A stretch of 64,000 nucleotides of DNA. It comes from an uncultured bacterium (GTDB lineage: Bacteria > Deinococcota > Deinococci > Deinococcales > Trueperaceae). The translations under genes and the position numbers were made by a program. Numbering within the stretch: position 1 is the first letter of the stretch; every line of letters begins with the position of its first letter. Positions 1 to 12,052 of this stretch are shown piece by piece. The stretch spans positions 8,009 through 72,008 of the forward strand of contig CAZVTS010000001.1 of NCBI GenBank assembly GCA_964630175.1, in the 5' to 3' direction. A model generated the notes under the pieces. It was not told where the DNA came from and ran no database searches. It was given only the letters and a program-made list of their open reading frames with translations.

Positions 1-2
1 CC

Positions 3-1121
3 CTGCTGCTGCGCAGCCTCAAGCAGGCCAAGTACTCGAGCGAGGACCTGGGCCACTTCGGCCTGGCGTTCGAAAGTTACCTGCACTTCACCAGCCCCAT
101 CCGGCGTTACCCCGACCTGGTGGTGCACCGCGTGGTGCGCGGCATGCTGCAGCACCGGCTCTCCCCGACGCTCAAGGAGCGCATGCGCACGGACTTCCCC
201 CGCCTGGCCGAGCACGTGAGCGAACGCGAGCGAGTGGCCGAGGAGGCCGAACGCGACCTGACCCGCTACTTCCACGCCCGCTGGGCGAAGGACGAGGTGG
301 GCACCACCTACACCGGCACCGTGGTGGGCGTCACCAACTTCGGTGTCTTCCTGGAACTGCCGAACGGGGTGGAGGGGCTCATGCACGTGAGCCACCTGAT
401 GGACGACTACTACCTCTACCTCGAGGACTCGCTCATGCTCATGGGCAAGCACACCCGCAAGAAGTACCGCCTGGGCGACAGGGTGGAGGTGAAGATCCTG
501 GCTGCCAACCCCACCCAGCGGCAGATAGACCTCATCCCTGCCGGCATGGAGATGCCGGAAGTGGAGCCCGAAGAGCGGGTGGTGGTGACCCGTCCGCCGA
601 AGGTGCTGAAGAGCCCGGCGCAGGGCGCTGCGGAGGGTGTGGCCGAGGACGCCAGGACAACGCGCGCCGCCCGCAAGCCTGGCGCCGGCGACAAGCAGAC
701 CGGCAAGAACGGCCAGGGTGCGCAGAGCGGCAAGCGTACCAGGGGCGCCAAGACTGCCGACGCCGGCAAGGCGCAGGCCGCGGGCAGGGCCGCCCCCAAG
801 ACCACAGGCAAGGCCAAGCAGGCCGAAGCCGCGCAGGGCAAGCAGGCCGGCGCGGGCAAGCAGGCCGGCGCAGGCAAGCAGAAGCCGGCGGCACCGGCCA
901 AGGCCAAACCGGCCACCGCCACCAAGACCCAGAAGAAGCCCGAGCAGAGCAAGGCGCAGCCAGCCAGAACGGCACGCGCTCAGCCCGAGCGCTCCCCGAA
1001 GAGCGCCGCACCCGGCCCGACCACCAAGGGCGCCACCAGGGACACGACCAAGGACAGCGCCAGAGAAGGCGTCGGCACGCCTGCTGCGCGCAAGAAGCGC
1101 CGAGTACTCAAGTTCGGTTGA
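3..1121 (+). CDS. rnr: Ribonuclease R, C-terminal part (5' end lies upstream of the window)
   Basis: Frame 3 from nt 3 reads LLLRSLKQAKYSSEDLGHFGLAFESYLHFTSPIRRYPDLVVHR, the end of an RNB domain. An S1 domain follows (GTVVGVTNFGVFLELPNGVEGLMHVS), then a long Lys/Ala-rich basic tail. Confidence 0.85.
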   Translation: MLLRSLKQAKYSSEDLGHFGLAFESYLHFTSPIRRYPDLVVHRVVRGMLQHRLSPTLKERMRTDFPRLAEHVSERERVAEEAERDLTRYFHARWAKDEVGTTYTGTVVGVTNFGVFLELPNGVEGLMHVSHLMDDYYLYLEDSLMLMGKHTRKKYRLGDRVEVKILAANPTQRQIDLIPAGMEMPEVEPEERVVVTRPPKVLKSPAQGAAEGVAEDARTTRAARKPGAGDKQTGKNGQGAQSGKRTRGAKTADAGKAQAAGRAAPKTTGKAKQAEAAQGKQAGAGKQAGAGKQKPAAPAKAKPATATKTQKKPEQSKAQPARTARAQPERSPKSAAPGPTTKGATRDTTKDSAREGVGTPAARKKRRVLKFG

Positions 1122-1190
1122 GCCGCGTACGGGCGGAGGACGCGGGAGCGTCTGGTACACTTCGCCCCTAAGCAGAGCCAGGAGAACCAC

Positions 1191-2882
1191 ATGGCCCACG
1201 AGTACCGCTACCCGCTCACACGTGTCTGCCTCCGGGGCGGCAACATGACCCTGCCGCGCACGATGATGGAGCTCTTCCCGCACGAGGGCGCCGTGACCCT
1301 GGTAGACACCATCACCGGCGTAGAGCACGAGGCGTTCATGAGCTCGCCCCGCGTGGTGTCCGGCCTGGGTGAGCTCTACCTGCAGCACGGGCTTGACGTG
1401 AACGACGAACTCCTTGTCGCCAGGCTGGCCGAGGGGCGCTTCGCCGTTACTGCAGTGCCACGGCTCGAGGTTCAGACGGAGGCAGAGGCGCTGGACACGC
1501 CTGCCACCAACGACGCCGCACCGGCCCCGGAACTGCCCGCGGCGGCAGCCGCGTCAGGCGCGGCAGAGCCCCGAGACGACGCAGGCGTAGAACTGGAAGA
1601 GGACCGGCAGGCACCGGACGCGGTGGACGACGAGGCCGGAGCCCCGGTGGAGGCCACGGCGCAGGTCGTTCTCGAACCGGCCGAGGAGGGGGTTCCTCCT
1701 GCACCGACCGACACGGTGCGGAAGAGCCTCGATCCCCGAGAGGCCGTGCTGGAGGCGGAGAGCGCGCTCTCGGAGCTGGAGAGCGAAGGCTGGGCCGCGT
1801 CGCGCCAGGCCACGTTGTGGGAAGCCGGCGCGCCGGCTGAGCCGGCCCAGGAAGAGCCGGTGGGCGGAGACGACGGAACGGGAACCGAAGAGGTGGAAAG
1901 CAGCGGCGCGGGGGAGGTTCGTACGGAGGCGATCCCGGCACCCGCCCCAGCCGCGCGCCAAGCGCGCGGCCCCGTGTACACCGAAGCAGAGGACGACGAC
2001 GCGGCGCTGGCCGCGGTGGCGCTCTCGTCGCGGCTCAGGCGCGCTTTCACGAGCGTTGGGTACCGGATCGAGCCACTTACCACCGGCGTGCACTTCCTGC
2101 ATGCGGAGATGGGGCGCCGGCGCTACAAGGTGCTCGTGCAGCTGCTGCGCAGCGGGGAGCGGCTCGACTGGGCCGGTCTCCTCTCCCGCAGGCGCAACTC
2201 GCCGGCCAACTACATGGCCGTGGTGGGCGACCGCGCGGACCTGATAAGGCTCAGCCACCCCGCCGAACTGGCCCGCGCCACGCTGTGGAGCTGGGAAGCG
2301 CTGGACCGGCTGGACGAGCTGCACGGCAGCGTGCCGGTCACACCGCTCGACCTGGAGTCGCACTTCGCGCGCGACGGCCTCTTCGAACAGGGCCTCAAGC
2401 GCTTCGAGCAGGGCGTGGCCGCCAGAGTGGCTGAGCGCGGCGCTGCGTCGGAAGTGCTGACCCGCCTGGCACGCAACCGCGCGCCTTCCGTGTTCCTGCT
2501 CGAGGAGCTGGCGCAGGACGTGAACCTGAGCCGCGACGTGGTGCTGCGCATCCTCGAGCGCTTCTCCGAGGCGCCCATGCACCTCGTGGCCAGGGTAGAC
2601 AGCGGCGAGTTCCTGCTCCGGCAACCCGTAGACACCGCGCTGGCTGCGCTCTCCTCCTACGCGGAGTCTCTGCGGCAGCGGCTACCCGTCGGGCGCCGTG
2701 AGGTGTTCACCGGGCTGGACGACGACGAGCTGGGTTCCGGCCTGCTGGACGACGTGAGCGTTCAGGAGTCCGCCGACGCTGCCCCCGAGGCCGCCATGGA
2801 GGAGCCCAGCGGACCGGCCGACGAAGAGTTCGGGGCGCCCGACGTGACCGCCCATGGGCTCACGCCCGAGCAGCGAGCTTAG
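1191..2882 (+). CDS. Hypothetical multidomain protein: small N-terminal domain, ~200-aa acidic low-complexity linker, C-terminal globular region
   Basis: 563-aa ORF with high GC3 in this frame. No family motif recognised. The start may be the internal Met at codon 19 (MTLPRTMMELF). Confidence 0.6.
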   Translation: MAHEYRYPLTRVCLRGGNMTLPRTMMELFPHEGAVTLVDTITGVEHEAFMSSPRVVSGLGELYLQHGLDVNDELLVARLAEGRFAVTAVPRLEVQTEAEALDTPATNDAAPAPELPAAAAASGAAEPRDDAGVELEEDRQAPDAVDDEAGAPVEATAQVVLEPAEEGVPPAPTDTVRKSLDPREAVLEAESALSELESEGWAASRQATLWEAGAPAEPAQEEPVGGDDGTGTEEVESSGAGEVRTEAIPAPAPAARQARGPVYTEAEDDDAALAAVALSSRLRRAFTSVGYRIEPLTTGVHFLHAEMGRRRYKVLVQLLRSGERLDWAGLLSRRRNSPANYMAVVGDRADLIRLSHPAELARATLWSWEALDRLDELHGSVPVTPLDLESHFARDGLFEQGLKRFEQGVAARVAERGAASEVLTRLARNRAPSVFLLEELAQDVNLSRDVVLRILERFSEAPMHLVARVDSGEFLLRQPVDTALAALSSYAESLRQRLPVGRREVFTGLDDDELGSGLLDDVSVQESADAAPEAAMEEPSGPADEEFGAPDVTAHGLTPEQRA

Positions 2883-2895
2883 GAAGGCGTATTCT

Positions 2896-6003
<3,108 letters not shown>

Positions 6004-6184
6004 CTAAGGTTGGGGGAACTCACCACTTCCAGGTGGGGAGTCTAGCACGCACCGAGCCTGGGGCAGGGCGGTGTGGTTGCCTCCCGCGGGTCGACCAGCG
6101 CGGCCGGCCCGATGGCTCAGGGCCTCTAGGCACGGCTACCGGTACCCGCTGCAGCGGCCGGTTGCCCGGCGGCAAGCTGAGGGC

Positions 6185-6871
6185 ATGAAGCGTGACCCCA
6201 TAGCTGGCCGGTGGCGGGTCCGGGCGGGCCGGCGTGCGCGGCCCGAGCCCAAGGCGTCGGCAGCCCCGTCAGCACCCATGGCCGCGGCCCACTTCGTGAC
6301 ACTACTGAAGCGGGGCCAGCTAGCCGCCCCGCAGCATGCCGAACTGCGCGCAGGCAAGCCGCACCGTGTGAGGCCGGTGACGGGTCAGGCCGCCGGCGTG
6401 CTTCAGCGGCTGAGGCGCGAGCTGGAGGTCGCGGTGGTGGGCGCCGGCCTACAGGCGAGCGTCAGCGTCAGGCCCTTGGTGCGGTTGGGCGGTACCGACC
6501 TGTGGCGCCCGCAGCTGGCCCTGTTCCCCGCCCGGGAGGGCGCCGCCCTGACTACACAGGGCGCCACGGTGGAAGCCGCCAGGGCCCTGCTGGTGGTCGA
6601 GCTGGGCGAGGGCGCCGCGGAAGCTGAGCGGCTGGCGGGCTTCGCCTCGGGTGGGGTCGGCGAGTTGTGGAGCCTGTGCCTCTGCCAAGGCTGGACCGTG
6701 CGTTACCGCTCACCGTGGGCGGGTAGGTTCCAGTCTCGCACCCTGTGGTACCCGGGCGAAGCCGTGCCCGTGGCGGCGTTGGCTGGAGTTCAGGTAGAAG
6801 CGCTGGAGGAGGGCTACCGGCCGGCTACGCTGCTGGCTGGTGGGCCCGACTGCAGGAACCTGCCATGGTGA
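6185..6871 (+). CDS. Hypothetical protein
   Basis: Third codon positions are strongly G/C-biased in this frame. No recognisable motif. Start chosen at MKRDPIAG inside the 6071..6871 ORF, and is uncertain. Confidence 0.35.
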   Translation: MKRDPIAGRWRVRAGRRARPEPKASAAPSAPMAAAHFVTLLKRGQLAAPQHAELRAGKPHRVRPVTGQAAGVLQRLRRELEVAVVGAGLQASVSVRPLVRLGGTDLWRPQLALFPAREGAALTTQGATVEAARALLVVELGEGAAEAERLAGFASGGVGELWSLCLCQGWTVRYRSPWAGRFQSRTLWYPGEAVPVAALAGVQVEALEEGYRPATLLAGGPDCRNLPW

Positions 6872-6883
6872 TCGCCAGGTCGG

Positions 6884-7192
6884 TCACTCCTCCGGGGCGG
6901 GCGCCAGCTCCAGCACGAAGGCTTCACCGCCCGCTTCCACCGTGTCGCCGTCCCTTATGCGCCGTTTCCGCCGCGTCTCGACGGCGCCGTTCACGCGCAC
7001 CGCGCCGGCCTGTATGAGGTGCTTCGCGTGCCCGCCGGTGGAGGCGATGCCGAAGAACTTCAGCACGTCGTCCAGGCGCATGTTGGCCGGCTCCAGCGCC
7101 TGGTCTGCACCCGCCTCAGCGCGGCGGTTCCCGGTACCCGCCGTGTGTTCACTGGCGCCCGGAGGATCGTGGTTCGTCTCATCTGCTGCCAT
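6884..7192 (-). CDS. S4-domain RNA-binding protein (YbcJ-like, ribosome-associated)
   Basis: C-terminal 65 aa read MRLDDVLKFFGIASTGGHAKHLIQAGAVRVNGAVETRRKRRIRDGDTV, typical of small S4 proteins. The true start may be the internal ATG at 7081. Confidence 0.7.
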   Translation of the reverse strand: MAADETNHDPPGASEHTAGTGNRRAEAGADQALEPANMRLDDVLKFFGIASTGGHAKHLIQAGAVRVNGAVETRRKRRIRDGDTVEAGGEAFVLELAPAPEE

Positions 7193-7425
7193 GCGTACCG
7201 GGCGGAGTGTAACACCGGCCCCCGCCCCACACCTCTTCTCGGTAGCGGCCGTACATGGCGGGCGCGGCGTTACCTAAGTGGGCCGCCACCGCCGAACGGG
7301 CGCGCAGCGGTGCCGCCCAGGCCTGCAGGCAGGCGCCCGCGTACGCCAGCGGAGTCCGCGCCTCACCGGTCGCTCCACGTGCGGAAGGTGCCGTGCCCGC
7401 TGCTCCGGCGGTCCTCTGACCCGCA

Positions 7426-7602
7426 TCACGGACCCGACGCGAAGACGTGCTTCGCCACCAGCAGAGGCCGCCTCCCCACTTCTCGCACGTGGAGTGAGCG
7501 CACCAAGTCCTCCGGTTCCTGGCTCAGCGCCACAGGATCCAGTGCCGACGGCAGCATGAACCGCGGTCGGACCACCGAACCTGGGGAAGGGGAGTCGTTC
7601 AT
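7426..7602 (-). CDS. Small hypothetical ORF (58 aa), possibly the 5' remnant of a decayed gene
   Basis: GAGGAGGTG Shine-Dalgarno sits 5 nt upstream of the ATG at 7602. GC3 bias is reasonable. No homology recognised. Confidence 0.3.
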   Translation of the reverse strand: MNDSPSPGSVVRPRFMLPSALDPVALSQEPEDLVRSLHVREVGRRPLLVAKHVFASGP

Positions 7603-7754
7603 CACGCACCTCCTCGGGAGATTTCGGTGCCTGTAGTGGGCGCCGTTCCTGAAAAGTAGAGGAGTGAGCGTGATGTGAGCGTGATGTGGCCGCGGTGTCG
7701 AAGGGGCGGTGCGGCTCGCCTCCGTTACCTGTTTGCCCGGCAGGGCGTAAGCCG

Positions 7755-8597
7755 TCAGCCCAGTTCGAGCGGTTCGGCAGCCGGGTAGCTGCCCAGGAAC
7801 TTCACGAACGCCGCCTTCCGCATGAGGTCCGTCATGGCCGCCGCAACGTTGCGGTCCTCGATATGACCGTCGATATCGATGTAGAAGAGGTAGCTCCACG
7901 GCTTGTCGCGCCGGGGCCGAGACTCGAGCTTGGTCATGTTGATGTCGTGCTTCGGGAACACCTCCAGGCAGGCCACCAGGTCGCCCGGGCGGTGGCGCGT
8001 TGCCAGCACCAGTGAACTCTTGCTGTGGCCGGAAGGGGCCGGCGGCTCGGTCGAGCCCAGCACGAAGAAGCGCGTGAAGTTGAACGGCAGGTCCTCGATG
8101 TGCTCCGCGATGACCTCGAGGCCGTACGCCTCCGCCGCCCGCTGGCTGGCGATGGCGGCGCGCCCCTCGCCGCCGTTCTCCGAGAGCAGTTTTGCGGCGC
8201 CTGCCGTGTCGAAGTCAGTCACGGCCTCGAAGCCGTGCTGCCGGAGGAACTTCTGGCACTGAGCCAACGCCTGCGGGTGGCTGTAAACGCGCTTCACGTC
8301 TTCCAGCTTCACGCCGGGCTTCACCAGCAGGTTGTGATGCACGCGCACTATCTGTTCTCCCACCACGTTGAGGACAGAATCGGTGAGCAGGTCGTACGTC
8401 TGGTTTATGGAGCCGGCCAGGCTGTTCTCCACCGGCAGGCAAGCGAAGTCGCAGTCGCCACTGGAGGCCGCCGCGAAGGCTTGCTCGAAGGTGGGGAAGC
8501 CCACCGTCTCCGCACCTGGTGCGAAGTTGGCCGCCGCCTCCTCGCTGAATGCGCCCTGCACGCCCTGGTAAGCAACGCGGATAGGTCTCTCGGTCAT
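7755..8597 (-). CDS. pheA: Prephenate dehydratase
   Basis: PDT domain (RVAYQGVQGAFSE, NFTRFFVLG) plus ACT domain with the ESRP motif (TKLESRPRRDKPWSYLFYIDIDGH). Confidence 0.9.
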   Translation of the reverse strand: MTERPIRVAYQGVQGAFSEEAAANFAPGAETVGFPTFEQAFAAASSGDCDFACLPVENSLAGSINQTYDLLTDSVLNVVGEQIVRVHHNLLVKPGVKLEDVKRVYSHPQALAQCQKFLRQHGFEAVTDFDTAGAAKLLSENGGEGRAAIASQRAAEAYGLEVIAEHIEDLPFNFTRFFVLGSTEPPAPSGHSKSSLVLATRHRPGDLVACLEVFPKHDINMTKLESRPRRDKPWSYLFYIDIDGHIEDRNVAAAMTDLMRKAAFVKFLGSYPAAEPLELG

Positions 8598-8617
8598 GCG
8601 GGAGTGTAACAGGGCGG

Positions 8618-10348
8618 CTAGCTGAGGGCCTCTACCTCACGCTGCAGGTCCGTTATGCCCTCTGCCGCGCTGTTCAGCTCGGCCCGTAGCTCGTGCAGGT
8701 GTTCCAGTTCGGCCCCCACGAACCGCGTGTACGGGCTGATGGCGCCCGTCAGCTTCTCCTGCGAGCGGGAGAGCTCCAGTTCGAACTGCTGGCGCACGCT
8801 TCTGTCGATGGTGTCCTGCAGCTCCGTCATGCGCTCCCTCAGCTCGCGCTTGGCGCGACGCTTCTGGCCGGGCAGGACGAGGAGGCCGGCGCCCATCACC
8901 GTGAGACCGAGCGCGATGCCCGTTATGTCCAGCGCGGCGCCGGTCATTATGGCCACCAGCGCAGCCGACAGGCCCAGCCCGCCTACCTCCATGATGCCCG
9001 CCTGCACCACTGCACCGTGCAGGCGCTCGGCCAAGCGACCGGCCTCGGTCTTCGGGTCGTACGCTTCGAGCGCTTCCTCGGCCGTGCCGCGCAGGCTCTG
9101 GATGAGCGCCTGGCGGTCGTACTGGAAGCGGCCGCCTACCTCGCCGATCACGTTGGCCTGTTCCGCCGCGCGCCGCTCGTTCAGGTAACGCATCACGTCT
9201 TCCCACAACTGCAGGTTGCGCTGGATGAACCAGTCGACCAGGTCGTGCATGGCGGCATCGATCTCGGCCTCGGCCTTGCCCACGACCTTCTGCTGGAAGG
9301 CTTCCTTCACGCGCTCGGTGTTCAGGAGCTTAGGGATGCGGGTGAGGCGGATGGTGTCGTCGAAGAAATCCTCGCCGCGCTTCTCGATCTGCTGCAGCAC
9401 GCCCTTCAGGCGCGCCACGTAGAGGCTGAGGTCGCGCTGCATGTCCCTATCGAACTGCTTCCGTTGGCGGTCGATCTCGGCCAGCGTGGTGTTGTCGTCC
9501 TGCAGGAGCTCCAGGCGGTTGTCCAGCACGTTGAGGTACTGGCTGGACGCGTGTGCTGCCACGCCGAGCGGTGAAGCCAGCTTGAGTTTGACCCGGTCGG
9601 TGCCCAGACGCGCGGCGATAGCGTTCTCCAACGGGATCATGCCGCTGGCGGCGTAGGCGGCCTCGTCCTGCGCCTGCCGCGCCGACAGGCCCTTGCGCGC
9701 GCTCACGCCGTAGACCTCCACCCGGTTCACGCCGAGGGTCTCGCGCGCGTTGTCGCGCACGAAGTCGAGCACCTTCTGACGCTCGTCCTCCTCCGTGAGG
9801 ATGTCGAACTTGTTAACCACGAGGATGACCTTCCGGCCCCACGACGCTATGAGTTCGAGGAACGTGCGTTCGCTCTGCGTGAACGGTCGGTCCGCGCTGG
9901 TGACGAACACCACCAGGTCGGCGCGTGGCACGAAACGTTCGCTGAGCTCCTGGTGCTTGGCCACGATGGCGTTGGTGCCCGGCGTGTCCACGAACGCCAC
10001 TGCGTGCAGCAGGGGGTTGGGGTAGGTGCGGCGCACCACGCTGGGCCCTTCGCTGCTCTCGCCGGCTTCGTCGCCGTAAGTGATGAGGGTTACCCGGTCG
10101 GTGGTGGGAGTGACGCCTTCCGGCATGACCTTCTCGCCCAGCAGCGCGTTCACCAGGCTCGACTTACCGGCGTTGAACTCGCCCGCCACGACAAGCATGA
10201 AGAGGCCATCCAAGTCGGCAAGGGCGGTGCGCACATCGCCCACGTCCTGCGGCTCAGCGTCCAGCTTGCCGAGCAGTACCAGCAGGTCGGTAAGCAGCTG
10301 GCGTTCGGTGGCAACGAGGTGATGCACGCTGTCCGGCAGCTCGATCAT
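8618..10348 (-). CDS. Dynamin-family GTPase (bacterial dynamin-like protein)
   Basis: GTPase motifs present: G1 VVAGEFNAGKSSLVNALLG, G3 FVDTPGTNA, G4 VVNKFD. Long helical stalk and a hydrophobic paddle (GLGLSAALVAIMTGAALDITGIALGLTVMGAGLLVL). Start placed at ATG 10348 (MIELPD). The longer ORF to 10522 overlaps the divergent gene. Confidence 0.85.
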   Translation of the reverse strand: MIELPDSVHHLVATERQLLTDLLVLLGKLDAEPQDVGDVRTALADLDGLFMLVVAGEFNAGKSSLVNALLGEKVMPEGVTPTTDRVTLITYGDEAGESSEGPSVVRRTYPNPLLHAVAFVDTPGTNAIVAKHQELSERFVPRADLVVFVTSADRPFTQSERTFLELIASWGRKVILVVNKFDILTEEDERQKVLDFVRDNARETLGVNRVEVYGVSARKGLSARQAQDEAAYAASGMIPLENAIAARLGTDRVKLKLASPLGVAAHASSQYLNVLDNRLELLQDDNTTLAEIDRQRKQFDRDMQRDLSLYVARLKGVLQQIEKRGEDFFDDTIRLTRIPKLLNTERVKEAFQQKVVGKAEAEIDAAMHDLVDWFIQRNLQLWEDVMRYLNERRAAEQANVIGEVGGRFQYDRQALIQSLRGTAEEALEAYDPKTEAGRLAERLHGAVVQAGIMEVGGLGLSAALVAIMTGAALDITGIALGLTVMGAGLLVLPGQKRRAKRELRERMTELQDTIDRSVRQQFELELSRSQEKLTGAISPYTRFVGAELEHLHELRAELNSAAEGITDLQREVEALS

Positions 10349-10457
10349 GGAGGGAAGATACCACGTGACCATCGGCATAAACGGCGTGTGGACGGGTGGC
10401 ATTATCGCGCTCTGCGCAGGCGCCTGCACGGTAGAGTCGTTGCCTACCGGAGGCACC

Positions 10458-11966
10458 ATGCAAGCGACGCCAGAGTTCGAAGAGTTCCTAGCCGAGGCAG
10501 GCATCATCAACGACCTCACCAACGTGCTCGGCCTGCTGTCCTGGGATCAGGACACCTACATGCCCGAAGGCGGCGCGGACGGCCGGGGCCAGCAGATGGC
10601 CACCATCAGCTCCATCCGGCACGCGCGGCTCACGAGCCCGCGTATGGCCGATCTGCTCGCCAGCCTGGAGGCGGCCCGCCCACCTGCCGGGAGCCTGGAG
10701 GCGGCCAGCCTGCGTGAGGGGCGCCGCGCTCTTGAGCGTGCCACGAAGCTGCCGAGCGACCTGGTGGCGGAGCTCGCCCGTGCCGCCAGCAGCGCCAGGC
10801 AGGCGTGGGTGAGGGCCCGCGAGGCGGACGACTTCCGCCTGTTCGAACCTGAACTGAGGCGCATGATCGAGCTCAAGCGCCAGGAGGCCGACGCCGTGGG
10901 CTACGGAGCGGAGCGCTACGACGCCCTGCTGGACGAGTACGAGCCGGGTACCAGGGCCGGCGAGGTCCGGGCCATCTTCGAGGCACTCCGCGCAGAACAG
11001 GTGCAGCTACTGGCGGCCATCAGCGAGAGCCCGACCCGGTCTTCGAGCGGCCTCCTGGAGCGTGGTTACGGGCTTACCGAACAGGCCGCCTACGTTCGTG
11101 GGCTGGCGGCCGCGGTGGGCTACGACTTCCGGCGCGGCCGGTTGGACGAGACCATCCACCCGTTCGCGGAATCGATCGGCATGGACGACGTGCGCATCAC
11201 CACCCGCTACGACGCGGGCAACCTCGCCACCGCGCTGTTCGGCGCGCTTCACGAGGTTGGCCACGCGCTCTATGAACAGGGTCTGGGGAAGGCCCTGGCG
11301 CGCACCCCGTTGGCGCACGGCGCGGGGCTCGGTGTGCACGAGTCGCAGTCCAGGCTGTGGGAGAACCTGGTGGGTAGGAGCCTGCCGTTCTGGCAGGGGG
11401 CGTTCCCGACACTGCAGGCAGCGTTCCCTGCCCAGCTCGGCGACGTGACCGCGGACGAGTTCTACAGGGCCGTCAACGTGGCGCGTCCCAGCCTCGTGCG
11501 CATCGAGGCTGACGAAGTGAGCTACAACCTTCACATCCTCGTGCGCTTCGAGCTGGAGACGGCGTTGTTGGACGGCGACCTCGAAGTGGCTGAACTGCCT
11601 CACGCCTGGAACGAGCTGTACCGGACCTACCTTGGCGTCGAGCCGACATCGGACCTGACTGGCTGCCTGCAGGACATCCACTGGTCGGTGGGGCTCTTCG
11701 GGTACTTCCCCACCTACGCGCTCGGCAACCTCATGAGCGTGCAGTTCTACGAAGCTGCCGAGGACGAGCTGGGCGGGCTGGATGAGGCCATGCGCGAAGG
11801 CGGGTTCGCGCCGCTACTCGGTTGGCTCCGCAGGAACGTCCATGAGCACGGCAGCCGCTACACCCCTGCCGAGCTTCTGCAGCGCGCTACGGGGTCCGCA
11901 CTGGACCCGGCGCCATACCTCGCATACCTGAGGCGCAAGTTCGGCACGCTGTATGCCCTAAGCTGA
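10458..11966 (+). CDS. M32 family (Taq-type) metallocarboxypeptidase
   Basis: Zinc motif HEVGHALY plus the HESQSRLWEN signature. N-terminus MQATPEFEEFLAEAG is typical of the family. Start at ATG 10458. Confidence 0.9.
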   Translation: MQATPEFEEFLAEAGIINDLTNVLGLLSWDQDTYMPEGGADGRGQQMATISSIRHARLTSPRMADLLASLEAARPPAGSLEAASLREGRRALERATKLPSDLVAELARAASSARQAWVRAREADDFRLFEPELRRMIELKRQEADAVGYGAERYDALLDEYEPGTRAGEVRAIFEALRAEQVQLLAAISESPTRSSSGLLERGYGLTEQAAYVRGLAAAVGYDFRRGRLDETIHPFAESIGMDDVRITTRYDAGNLATALFGALHEVGHALYEQGLGKALARTPLAHGAGLGVHESQSRLWENLVGRSLPFWQGAFPTLQAAFPAQLGDVTADEFYRAVNVARPSLVRIEADEVSYNLHILVRFELETALLDGDLEVAELPHAWNELYRTYLGVEPTSDLTGCLQDIHWSVGLFGYFPTYALGNLMSVQFYEAAEDELGGLDEAMREGGFAPLLGWLRRNVHEHGSRYTPAELLQRATGSALDPAPYLAYLRRKFGTLYALS

Positions 11967-12052
11967 CGCGTTAGCCAGATCGGGTCGGTGCATCAGCGCA
12001 ACGGTCAAGTGACCGCCGCCACGCACCGCCTGGATGCTATGCTCCCCGCAAT

